Shown here: piece by piece, positions 18,159-25,779 of the stretch
Position numbering within the stretch: position 1 is the stretch's first letter
Layout: each line of letters begins with the position of its first letter
Assembly: GCA_040766745.1 (NCBI GenBank)
Contig: JAXGPX010000002.1
Span: 317,248 to 381,247 of the forward strand
Length of the DNA: 64,000 bases
DNA from: Bacillota bacterium
GTDB taxonomy: Bacteria; Bacillota; Sulfobacillia; Fermentithermobacillales; Fermentithermobacillaceae
Reading direction: 5' to 3'
Notes under the pieces: model-generated
The model's input: only the letters and a program-made list of their open reading frames with translations
What the model was told of the DNA's origin: nothing
The model's database searches: none
Made by a program: the position numbers and the translations under genes

Positions 18159-18404
18159 TTACTGCCAAATGCTTTGGCCCTCTTGAGTGTAGTCTCTGAG
18201 CCTCTTGAGGTAATATGAGTATTTCCTTCGAGCTGCCTCCATAAGGAAAATAGCTTCGTCGATTCTGTCACTTTCGACAGCCTCATCAAAACATGAAGCT
18301 GCCACACAATAGTCTTTCTGAGCTTGCTCTAACGCTTTCATCAAATCAGACAGTTCTCTTTCGCAAGTATCCTCTTTCTTTGAAAACATTGGTAATGATA
18401 ACAT
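18159..18404 (-). CDS. yaaL: YaaL-like DUF2508 protein
   Basis: Small protein between recR and bofA, as in Bacillus. Start uncertain among M1, M13 and M18 of the 93-aa ORF. Confidence 0.55.
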   Translation of the reverse strand: MLSLPMFSKKEDTCERELSDLMKALEQAQKDYCVAASCFDEAVESDRIDEAIFLMEAARRKYSYYLKRLRDYTQEGQSIWQ

Positions 18405-18498
18405 CCACCCAGTCGCCCCCACATTAATATGTACGCACAATCTTGGCAGTTTGACACTAATATGAGTATGGGTTTCAGGTGGAAAATTTATACATTGG

Positions 18499-19104
18499 TT
18501 ACATCTCTCTGCGCCCTTCTAAAGACTTGGCCAAAGTGACCTCATCAGCGTAGTCAAGATCTGCCCCGAAAGGCAGGCCTCTTGCAAGCCTTGTAACCCT
18601 TATGTTCAAGGGTTTAATGGCTCTGGCAATGTAAAGGGCAGTAGTCTCTCCGTCAATATTGGGATTTGTGGCGAGGATAACTTCTTTTGTCTTTACCCGG
18701 TTGTCTCTGATTCGCGAAAGCAATTCCTTAACTCTTATATCGTCGGGGCCAATACCCTTGAGAGGCTCGATATATCCGTGGAGGACATGGTATACGCCCT
18801 GGTGGCCGCCAACCCGTTCAATGGACAGTACATCCTTTGGATAACCGACTACGCAAATTATACCCTGGTCTCTCTTAGGGTCACGGCAGATTCCACAAGG
18901 GTCAGTGTCTGTAAGGTTTCCACACACAGTACAGTACCCTATCTTGTCCCTTGCCTCTTCAAGGCTGCCTATAAGCCGGTTTATCGATGATTTCCCGGAA
19001 ACAACCAGGTGAAAAGCCAACCGCTGGGCTGTTTTCGGGCCAACGCCGGGCAATTTCCTTAGTTCGTCAATTAGCCTTGAAATGGCCTTTGGATAATCTT
19101 GCAT
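18499..19104 (-). CDS. recR: recombination protein RecR
   Basis: HhH N-terminus, a C4 zinc finger (CTVCGNLTDTDPCGIC) and a Toprim domain. Confidence 0.9.
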   Translation of the reverse strand: MQDYPKAISRLIDELRKLPGVGPKTAQRLAFHLVVSGKSSINRLIGSLEEARDKIGYCTVCGNLTDTDPCGICRDPKRDQGIICVVGYPKDVLSIERVGGHQGVYHVLHGYIEPLKGIGPDDIRVKELLSRIRDNRVKTKEVILATNPNIDGETTALYIARAIKPLNIRVTRLARGLPFGADLDYADEVTLAKSLEGRREM

Positions 19105-19108
19105 CAGG

Positions 19109-19444
19109 TTACCACTTCATGGGCATGTTCAAGCCGCCGGTTACTTTGGCCATTTCTTCCTGGCTTGTTTCCCTGGCTTTGGTTATGCCTGCGTTAACTG
19201 CAGCAATAATCAGGTCTTGAAGCATTTCTATGTCATCAGGATCAACCACGTCAGGTGCGATCTCTATGGCTTTCAGTTCGAGAGAGCAAGTTACAACAGC
19301 TTTGACCATTCCTCCGCCTGAGGTTCCCTCTACGGTCTTGCTTGCCAGTTCTTCTTCTACCCTGGTCATTTCCATCTGGAGTTTTTGAGCCTCTTTCATG
19401 AGGCGTTGCATATCGAGGCCGCCTGGCCCTGGAAATTTCGGCAT
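19109..19444 (-). CDS. ybaB: nucleoid-associated protein YbaB/EbfC
   Basis: 111 aa with the typical N-terminus ...GGLDMQRLMKEAQKLQ.... Located between dnaX and recR. Confidence 0.9.
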   Translation of the reverse strand: MPKFPGPGGLDMQRLMKEAQKLQMEMTRVEEELASKTVEGTSGGGMVKAVVTCSLELKAIEIAPDVVDPDDIEMLQDLIIAAVNAGITKARETSQEEMAKVTGGLNMPMKW

Positions 19445-19457
19445 AAGTACTCTCCTC

Positions 19458-21188
19458 CTATGTAACCACTTTTCCGTCCAATATAGTTATTGCAGCTTTC
19501 ACTAAAGGATGCAAATCATCACCGTTACCGCCTGCTCCTTGGTTATCATGATCTTGCCCCGGCTGATCCACTTCAACAGCCAGGTCCAATCTGCAATTAA
19601 TCAATTTCTCAAGATAATCTTGTACTACCCTTTTATGATTGTCAGTAAGGATTTGCTCCATGTGGGTAGCATAGCCCTGTGGATACGCCAGGACCAGTGT
19701 CTTGTTGTCGATTACCTTAGATGGCCTTGAAGGTAAAAGATAGGCCCGTGCCTGGATTTTGCGCTTCTTCTGAAGATCGCCAAGAAGAGAGTCCCACACC
19801 TGCTGAACAATCTCTAGCAAATTCCCATCCGGGCGTGGCCCGCCTACCTGTACGCGCTCCGGGTCTTCTGCAGAATCCCTGCTAATACCGTGGCCGGTTT
19901 CATTATCAGGTTCACCGGGCATCTCTCCGGTTTGGCCTTTGGCACCCCATTGGCCAAACTGGGCTTGCTCAATAGGGCCGCCGGCAGATGCTTCAGAACG
20001 CGGCCTGGGCCGTGTAGTTCTTTCTGTAACTTGGTGCCCAGCCGAAAGAGGCCTAACAGATTGGGCTTGAACCATGTCTGATGCAAGATAGGCCGGCACC
20101 GGCTCACTCTCGGTGAAAAGCCCCAGTAAGGCAACATCAACAACAAGCCTGGGGTTATCACTGTTTCGCATTTGGCTTATGGCATTTGATGTAGCTTCAA
20201 GAAGTCTGATAAGTATCCCCTTTGGGAAGGCTCCTGACAGTGGCTTCATCTCTTTGAGCTCATCAGGCGTCCTTCCAAGCCCTGACGCTTCCCCTCCTGA
20301 AGCCAGGAAAAGAAGATCCCTGGCGAACACTCCAATCTCCTGACATAGCTCGCCCATGTCTTTGCCGCGCTCTGAAATCTCTCTAACCACGTCTATGACA
20401 CCTTTGAGGTCTTCCCTGGAGATGGCCTTGAAAAGCCTGGCCATAACCTCACCTGAGGTCTCTCCCAGAATTTCACGGGCGTCCTTTTCCAGCACCTTTC
20501 CGTCACCATAGGTAATGCACAGATCCAAAATTGAAAGGCCGTCGCGCATGGAGCCCCCTGCAGCCCGTGCTATGAGCCTCAGGGCACCTTTTTCCCATTG
20601 AATATCCTGAGACACAAGTATTTTTTCAAGCTGGCCCTCGATGTCTTCTATTGAGAGCCGCCGAAACTCTAACCTCTGGCACCTTGAGGCAATAGTGACC
20701 GGAATTTTATGAGCCGCTGTAGTGGCAAGTATAAACATGACATGTTCAGGTGGTTCTTCAAGGGTCTTTAGAAGGGCATTAAAAGCTTCTGGCGTGAGCA
20801 TATGAACTTCGTCGATTATGTAGACTTTGTAACTACCCATAACAGGCAAATACCTAACGCTCTCCCTGAGGCTGCGTATCTCGTCAATACCCCTGTTGGA
20901 AGCAGCATCGATCTCGATTACGTCAACTGAGCTGCCCTTGGCAATGGCCTGGCACGGGCCACATTGGTTGCATGGTTCTGCATCTTCTCTCCTGCTGCAG
21001 TTTACTGCTTTTGCCAGGAGCCGCGCTACAGTTGTTTTTCCTGTTCCACGGGGCCCGGAAAAAAGATACGCATGAGATACTTTGTTTTCGACAAGGGCAT
21101 TTTGCAGAATTCGAATTACCGGTTTTTGGTTAACTACATCTTCCCATTGCTTAGGGCGCCAGATACGATACAGGGCCGTGTAGGACAA
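19458..21188 (-). CDS. dnaX: DNA polymerase III subunits gamma/tau
   Basis: AAA+ clamp-loader motifs (GPRGTGKTT, zinc module CxxC..C). 576 aa. Confidence 0.9.
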   Translation of the reverse strand: MSYTALYRIWRPKQWEDVVNQKPVIRILQNALVENKVSHAYLFSGPRGTGKTTVARLLAKAVNCSRREDAEPCNQCGPCQAIAKGSSVDVIEIDAASNRGIDEIRSLRESVRYLPVMGSYKVYIIDEVHMLTPEAFNALLKTLEEPPEHVMFILATTAAHKIPVTIASRCQRLEFRRLSIEDIEGQLEKILVSQDIQWEKGALRLIARAAGGSMRDGLSILDLCITYGDGKVLEKDAREILGETSGEVMARLFKAISREDLKGVIDVVREISERGKDMGELCQEIGVFARDLLFLASGGEASGLGRTPDELKEMKPLSGAFPKGILIRLLEATSNAISQMRNSDNPRLVVDVALLGLFTESEPVPAYLASDMVQAQSVRPLSAGHQVTERTTRPRPRSEASAGGPIEQAQFGQWGAKGQTGEMPGEPDNETGHGISRDSAEDPERVQVGGPRPDGNLLEIVQQVWDSLLGDLQKKRKIQARAYLLPSRPSKVIDNKTLVLAYPQGYATHMEQILTDNHKRVVQDYLEKLINCRLDLAVEVDQPGQDHDNQGAGGNGDDLHPLVKAAITILDGKVVT

Positions 21189-21263
21189 GTTTCACGCCTC
21201 CGAAATTGAACTCCCTGCAGGCTCCAATTGTAGCAGAAACAATTCATAGAGATATCTAAATTG

Positions 21264-21530
21264 GCCGTGCACCTATCTTCGAACGGCCTCCCCAGGCGAT
21301 ACCAACATGGCTGGCTCCAGCTAGGAACCCCTGCGGCACATGAGAAGGCTCGCTTACCGCTGCTTCCTCCCGGATCTGACGGGGTTTGCGAATTCTCATT
21401 GCGCAGGCCCCGGCTTTCAACGCTGCCCGCGCCGGCCAGACCCTAAAAAGGCTCGCCCTCGGATAGGCTTCAACCCCGCTATAGCGGATTGCGGGTTACA
21501 GGGCACCGCTAACTCCCCGTTTAGCACGGC
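21264..21530 (-). ncRNA. ffs: signal recognition particle RNA (long Bacillus-type scRNA/ffs, ~267 nt)
   Basis: The minus strand begins GCCGTGCTAAACGGGGAGTTAGCGGTGCCC and ends GGTGCACGGC, like B. subtilis scRNA. It contains the domain IV core CGTCAGATCCGGGAGGAAGCAGC. It lies directly upstream of dnaX, as in Bacillus. Confidence 0.85.
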
Positions 21531-21578
21531 CAAACCTTCAAACAAATTGATTTCGCGCCTACTCTAAATATCATTTGG

Positions 21579-21669
21579 TGGCGGAGGGAGTGGGATTTGA
21601 ACCCACGAGACGCATAACACGTCTACACGCTCTCCAGGCGTGCTCCTTCAGCCGCTCGGACATCCCTCC
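21579..21669 (-). tRNA. tRNA-Ser (anticodon GGA), long variable arm, CCA encoded
   Basis: Manual cloverleaf: GGAGGGA..anticodon loop CTGGAGA..TTCAAAT T-loop..CCA. Confidence 0.85.
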
Positions 21670-21689
21670 GCGTATGGCAGTATATCGAT

Positions 21690-21779
21690 TGGCGGAGGGG
21701 GTGGGATTTGAACCCACGAGGCGCTTGCACGCCTACCCGCTTTCGAGGCGGGCTCGTTCAGCCGCTCCGACACCCCTCC
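21690..21779 (-). tRNA. tRNA-Ser (anticodon CGA)
   Basis: Manual cloverleaf: GGAGGGG..anticodon loop CTCGAAA..long variable arm..CCA. Confidence 0.85.
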
Positions 21780-21906
21780 GGGCATCAAAAGTCCCCACCT
21801 GCCAGGACCTGCCGTACTTAGATTACTTATATCATTTTCAGTTTTCAAGTGCACGTGTTTTAATTTCGACAACACCAGTATTCAAAGTTTACCCTTTGAA
21901 AGGCTG

Positions 21907-22380
21907 TCAGGCACGGAGTTCCTGAAAGAACACTTCGAGAATGTTCCGGCATTCTTCTTCCCTGATTCCTACAGAAACGTCAACTCTGTGATTCAGCCTT
22001 GGATCCCCGGTAATATCCCACAAAGAGCCGCAAGCTCCTGTCTTAGGGTCTCTTGTTCCAACAACCAGCCTGGGGATCCGTGCCATTACTATTGCTCCGG
22101 CACACATGGGGCAAGGTTCAAGGGTTACATACATTGTGGCATCTAAAATGCGCCATCCTGTCTTGTACCGAGCCGCCTGGCGTATGGCAATTATCTCTGC
22201 GTGGGCTGTAGGATCGTTCAGAGTTTCTTTGAGATTGTGCCCCTTACCGATGACTTGGCCATCTCTTAGAATCACTGCCCCAACAGGTACTTCCCCTAAG
22301 GCATAAGCTTTTTTGGCCTCCTCAAGGGCAAGCTCCATACCGTATGAATCAATCCACTCTTTGCTTTTCAAACCATTCAA
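21907..22380 (-). CDS. tadA: tRNA-specific adenosine-34 deaminase
   Basis: CDA zinc motifs HAE...PCPMCAGA. Adjacent to tRNA genes and the SRP RNA, as in B. subtilis (yaaJ). Confidence 0.9.
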   Translation of the reverse strand: MNGLKSKEWIDSYGMELALEEAKKAYALGEVPVGAVILRDGQVIGKGHNLKETLNDPTAHAEIIAIRQAARYKTGWRILDATMYVTLEPCPMCAGAIVMARIPRLVVGTRDPKTGACGSLWDITGDPRLNHRVDVSVGIREEECRNILEVFFQELRA

Positions 22381-22417
22381 TTACTCAATCCACCAGCCTC
22401 GCTGGGCCTACAAAACT

Positions 22418-22496
22418 TGGTGCGCCCGGGAGGACTCGAACCTCCGGCAGACGGGGATTAGGAATCCCCCGCTCTATCCACCTGAGCTACGGGCGC
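22418..22496 (-). tRNA. tRNA-Arg (anticodon CCT); the fold I obtained has an atypical 7-nt variable region
   Basis: GCGCCCGTAGCTCAGGTGGATAGAGC..anticodon stem-loop GGGGA-TTCCTAA-TCCCC..GGAGG-TTCGAGT-CCTCC..CGGGCGCACCA. Confidence 0.7.
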
Positions 22497-22516
22497 AACG
22501 CTACTACTACGATTCA

Positions 22517-22593
22517 TGGTGCGCCCGGCGGGATTTGAACCCACAACCTACAGATCCGTAGTCTGTCGCTCTATCCAATTGAGCTACAGGCGC
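22517..22593 (-). tRNA. tRNA-Arg (anticodon ACG), the TadA substrate
   Basis: GCGCCTGTAGCTCAATTGGATAGAGC..ACAGA-CTACGGA-TCTGT..GTGGG-TTCAAAT-CCCGC..CGGGCGCACCA. Confidence 0.85.
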
Positions 22594-22607
22594 GCCTTAG
22601 ATTTAAG

Positions 22608-22697
22608 TGGCGGAGAGGGAGGGATTCGAACCCTCGAAGGAGTTGCCCCCTTAACGGTTTAGCAAACCGTCGCCCTCGGCCTCTAGGCGACCTCTCC
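22608..22697 (-). tRNA. tRNA-Ser (anticodon GCT)
   Basis: GGAGAGG..ACGGT-TTGCTAA-ACCGT..long variable arm..CCA. Confidence 0.85.
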
Positions 22698-22753
22698 GCA
22701 TCCAAAACCCTACTGCACTGAGTATATTACCACGTCTTGATTGTTGATGCCAG

Positions 22754-22844
22754 TGGCGGAGGGGGTGGGATTCGAACCCACGGAGGGCCAGTAACCCTCA
22801 ACGGTTTTCAAGACCGCCGCATTCAACCGCTCTGCCACCCCTCC
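22754..22844 (-). tRNA. tRNA-Ser (anticodon TGA)
   Basis: GGAGGGG..GCGGT-CTTGAAA-ACCGT..long variable arm..CCA. Confidence 0.85.
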
Positions 22845-22964
22845 GGCAGACAGAACAACCTGCTCCAGGCTGTTATGCTGCCCGGAGTCAGACAGGTTCC
22901 TCGAATGCAAATGTTATCACATCTGACAGGCGAAATCAACGAAATACATGTATTGTGCCGAGCA

Positions 22965-24413
22965 TTATCCCTGTGAAACGCCAGAACCGTCCCCGTGTTC
23001 CAGTCCCCGTGAAACGCCAGAACCGTCCCCGCGTTTCACCCGCGTTTCAATGGCCCTGGCAGCAATGACTCCTGATACAGATGCCTGGGCTAGGCTCCTG
23101 GTAATGCCTGCCCCGTCGCCTATGGCAAAAAGGCCTTCTACCTCGGAACTCATATCTTCTCTTACCTTCACTCTGGCAGAATAATACTTGACTTCGACGC
23201 CGTACAGAAGTGTGTGTTTTGACCATATGCCTGGCATGAGATTGTTCAATACTTCCAGCATTTCCATGATGTTTTGTATGTGCCTGTATGGCAAGACCAG
23301 AGTAAGATCGCCGGGGGTTGCGTCTTTTAATGTAGGCTCTACCATGCTCTTTGCCAGGCGTTTTTCAGTAGACCGCCGCCCTTCCCAGAGATCCCCAAGC
23401 CTCTGGACTATTACTCCGCCGCCTAGCATGTTTGCAAGGCTGGCAATGTACTTGCCATAGGAAATGGGCTTCCTGAAAGGCTGTGTAAATGTCTTGGATA
23501 CTAATAAGGCGAAGTTGGTATTGTCAGTGGTACGGTTGCTCCAGGAATGGCCGTTAACCGTGATGACGCCCCCGGTATTCTCAATAACTACCTCTCCCCT
23601 TGGGCAGACGCAGAACGTTCTGATGAGATCATCAAAAGACCTGGAGTAGTAATGTATTTTGGGCTCCCAGACCTTGTTTGTTATGTCGTCTGCCACCACA
23701 GCCGGAATCTCAACCCTTACACCAATGTCAACAGGGTTTATCTCCTGGGTTAAGCCCAGCCTTTGGGCCTCATCTGAAAACCATGAAGAACCTTCACGGC
23801 CTGGCGCAGCAATAAGGTAGCGGCACCTCTCTTCGGTGCCGTCTGTCAGAGCGACTCCCTGTACCCGGTTTTTGTGAACCAGAATTCTGGCTACTTCAGC
23901 TTTGGTCCTTATAGACACCTTGGGTTCCAGGTGCAAATACATGTTTTTCAGTATTTTGGGGCTGTTGTCGCTTCCTAGGTGTCTGATAGGGGCAGGTATG
24001 AGTTCTAATCCGGCAGTAGCTGCCCTCCGCACAAGGTCACCTGTGGCATCCTTGTCAGTGCCAAATACCCGGCCTGTTGCGCCAAAATCAAGCCATATGT
24101 TGTCGATATAGCTTATGAGGTCCGTTAGTTGGGCCCTGGAAACATACTCGTGGAGAAAACCGCCAAACTTGTTGGTGAGCGTGAGTTTCCCATCACTGAA
24201 CGCTCCTGCGCCGCCCCATCCTGATGTTATTGAGCATGGAGAGCAGTTTAAGCACCCGCCGATTATCCCCTGCCGCGGGCATAATCTCTTCTCAAGATCG
24301 AGCCCTTTGTCCAGGATAAGCACAGACAGCCCGGGCGCTCTCTTGGTAAGTTCCAGGGCTGCAAAAATACCTGCAGGCCCTGCGCCTACTATGATGACAT
24401 CCCAGGTTTTCAA
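22965..24413 (-). CDS. FAD-dependent oxidoreductase (COG2509-like NAD/FAD-utilizing dehydrogenase)
   Basis: N-terminal GAGPAG dinucleotide-binding motif. 482 aa. The last ~25 codons (RGDGSGVSRGLEHGDGSGVSQG) are encoded by the palindromic repeat array, so the native C-terminus is uncertain. Confidence 0.7.
   Translation of the reverse strand: MKTWDVIIVGAGPAGIFAALELTKRAPGLSVLILDKGLDLEKRLCPRQGIIGGCLNCSPCSITSGWGGAGAFSDGKLTLTNKFGGFLHEYVSRAQLTDLISYIDNIWLDFGATGRVFGTDKDATGDLVRRAATAGLELIPAPIRHLGSDNSPKILKNMYLHLEPKVSIRTKAEVARILVHKNRVQGVALTDGTEERCRYLIAAPGREGSSWFSDEAQRLGLTQEINPVDIGVRVEIPAVVADDITNKVWEPKIHYYSRSFDDLIRTFCVCPRGEVVIENTGGVITVNGHSWSNRTTDNTNFALLVSKTFTQPFRKPISYGKYIASLANMLGGGVIVQRLGDLWEGRRSTEKRLAKSMVEPTLKDATPGDLTLVLPYRHIQNIMEMLEVLNNLMPGIWSKHTLLYGVEVKYYSARVKVREDMSSEVEGLFAIGDGAGITRSLAQASVSGVIAARAIETRVKRGDGSGVSRGLEHGDGSGVSQG
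22975..23045. repeat. tandem copies of a ~30-nt palindromic element GTGAAACGCCAGAACCGTCCCCGCGTTTCAC
   Basis: Read directly: GTGAAACGCCAGAACCGTCCCCG / TGTTCCAGTCCCC / GTGAAACGCCAGAACCGTCCCCGCGTTTCAC / CCGCGTTTCAA. The same core occurs at 17804-17828. Confidence 0.7.
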
Positions 24414-24424
24414 CAGATAACCTC

Positions 24425-25762
24425 CTAAACACCGCTATCTCCAGGAGCGTGTATTGTATCCAAATCTCCAAATCTGCAAACTTCTCTTGAGAAGAACAAC
24501 CTTACAGAACCTGTAGGGCCGTTTCTCTGTTTGGCTACAATCAAATCGATAGCGTTGTTCTGCTCAAGTTCAGGCTCAGAGTACAAGAACATGACAATAT
24601 CTGCATCTTGTTCTATAGCACCGGACTCTCTCAGGTCTGACAGCATAGGCCTTCTATCCTGACGCTGTTCCACTGCTCTTGACAGCTGAGACATGGCTAT
24701 TACAGGCACCTCCAGTTCCCTGGCAAGCCCTTTTAGAGACCGTGAAATTTCTGAAATCTCCTGCTGCCTGTTTTCTTGCTTTCTGGTTCTCATAAGCTGC
24801 AAGTAGTCTATGACTACAAGGCCCAGGCCATGTTCTGCCTTGATTCTCCTGGCCTTTGCCCTGAGTTCCATTACTGATATTCCCGGTGTATCGTCAATGA
24901 AAATCTTGGCCTCTCCAAGCCTTCCCAAAGCGATAGACAATCTTCTCCATTCATCATCATTAAGAAAACCGTTTCGCAGATTCTGGCTGTTTATTGCCGA
25001 CTCTGAACACAGTAACCTTTGAGCCACCTGCTCCTTTGACATTTCGAGGCTGAATATAACAACTGCGCAATCTCCCTTGACAGCTGTACTCCTTGCAATA
25101 TTAAGCCCAAGGGAGGTCTTTCCCACAGACGGGCGCGCTGCAAGAATTATTAAGTCAGATGGCTGAAACCCTGACGTTAAATTGTCTAAATCAGTAAGTC
25201 CGCTGGGAAGCCCTACCACATCTCCTCTGTGAGATGCAAGGTACTCAAGTTTCTCCATTGTTTCTACCAGCACATCTTTTAGGTGAACATATCCCTGGGT
25301 ACTGCGGCCCTGTGATATTTGGAATATAGTTTCTTCGGCCTTGTCAAGGAGTTCATCAACTTCAGACTGGGATACGTAGGCACTGGCTGCTATCTCTGTG
25401 GCAGCGGCAATTAGCCGCCTTAATACCGCTTTCTCTGCAACTATCTTTGCATAGTACTCTACGTTTGCTGCTGTAGGCACAAAGTTGGCAAGCCTGGCAA
25501 GTTCGGCAGCTCCGCCTATCCTCTCAAGATGGCCTGACCCTTTAAGAGACTCGGACAAAGTCACAAGGTCTACCGCTTCAAGCTTATCTGCCATTGCCTC
25601 CATATGCCTGAAGATAATTCTGTGGCTTTCTTTGTAAAAGTCGTCAGGTTTCAGGATCTCAAGTGCCGAAATCACAGCGCTTTGCTCAATGAGCATAGAT
25701 CCGATAACGGCTTCTTCAGCCTCAATGTTTTGAGGCGGCACCCTTTGTGGCACCTGAGACAA
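24425..25762 (-). CDS. dnaB: replicative DNA helicase
   Basis: 445 aa with DnaB N-terminal domain and RecA-like Walker A motif GKTSLGLN. Confidence 0.9.
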   Translation of the reverse strand: MSQVPQRVPPQNIEAEEAVIGSMLIEQSAVISALEILKPDDFYKESHRIIFRHMEAMADKLEAVDLVTLSESLKGSGHLERIGGAAELARLANFVPTAANVEYYAKIVAEKAVLRRLIAAATEIAASAYVSQSEVDELLDKAEETIFQISQGRSTQGYVHLKDVLVETMEKLEYLASHRGDVVGLPSGLTDLDNLTSGFQPSDLIILAARPSVGKTSLGLNIARSTAVKGDCAVVIFSLEMSKEQVAQRLLCSESAINSQNLRNGFLNDDEWRRLSIALGRLGEAKIFIDDTPGISVMELRAKARRIKAEHGLGLVVIDYLQLMRTRKQENRQQEISEISRSLKGLARELEVPVIAMSQLSRAVEQRQDRRPMLSDLRESGAIEQDADIVMFLYSEPELEQNNAIDLIVAKQRNGPTGSVRLFFSREVCRFGDLDTIHAPGDSGV

Positions 25763-25779
25763 CTTAACTCCCCCTCATT

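Noticed and set aside
21261-21925. ORFs 21261-21446, 21340-21567 and 21575-21925 (GVGFEPTRR repeated)
   Set aside because: They overlap the SRP RNA and the two tRNA-Ser genes. The repeated peptide is the translation of tRNA T-arms.
22975-23045. Possible CRISPR array, because of adjacent ~30-nt palindromic repeats
   Set aside because: Units abut one another with no unique spacers. There are only 2-3 copies, and the same unit occurs as a single copy at 17804. No cas genes are nearby. This is a REP/MITE-like palindromic element instead.
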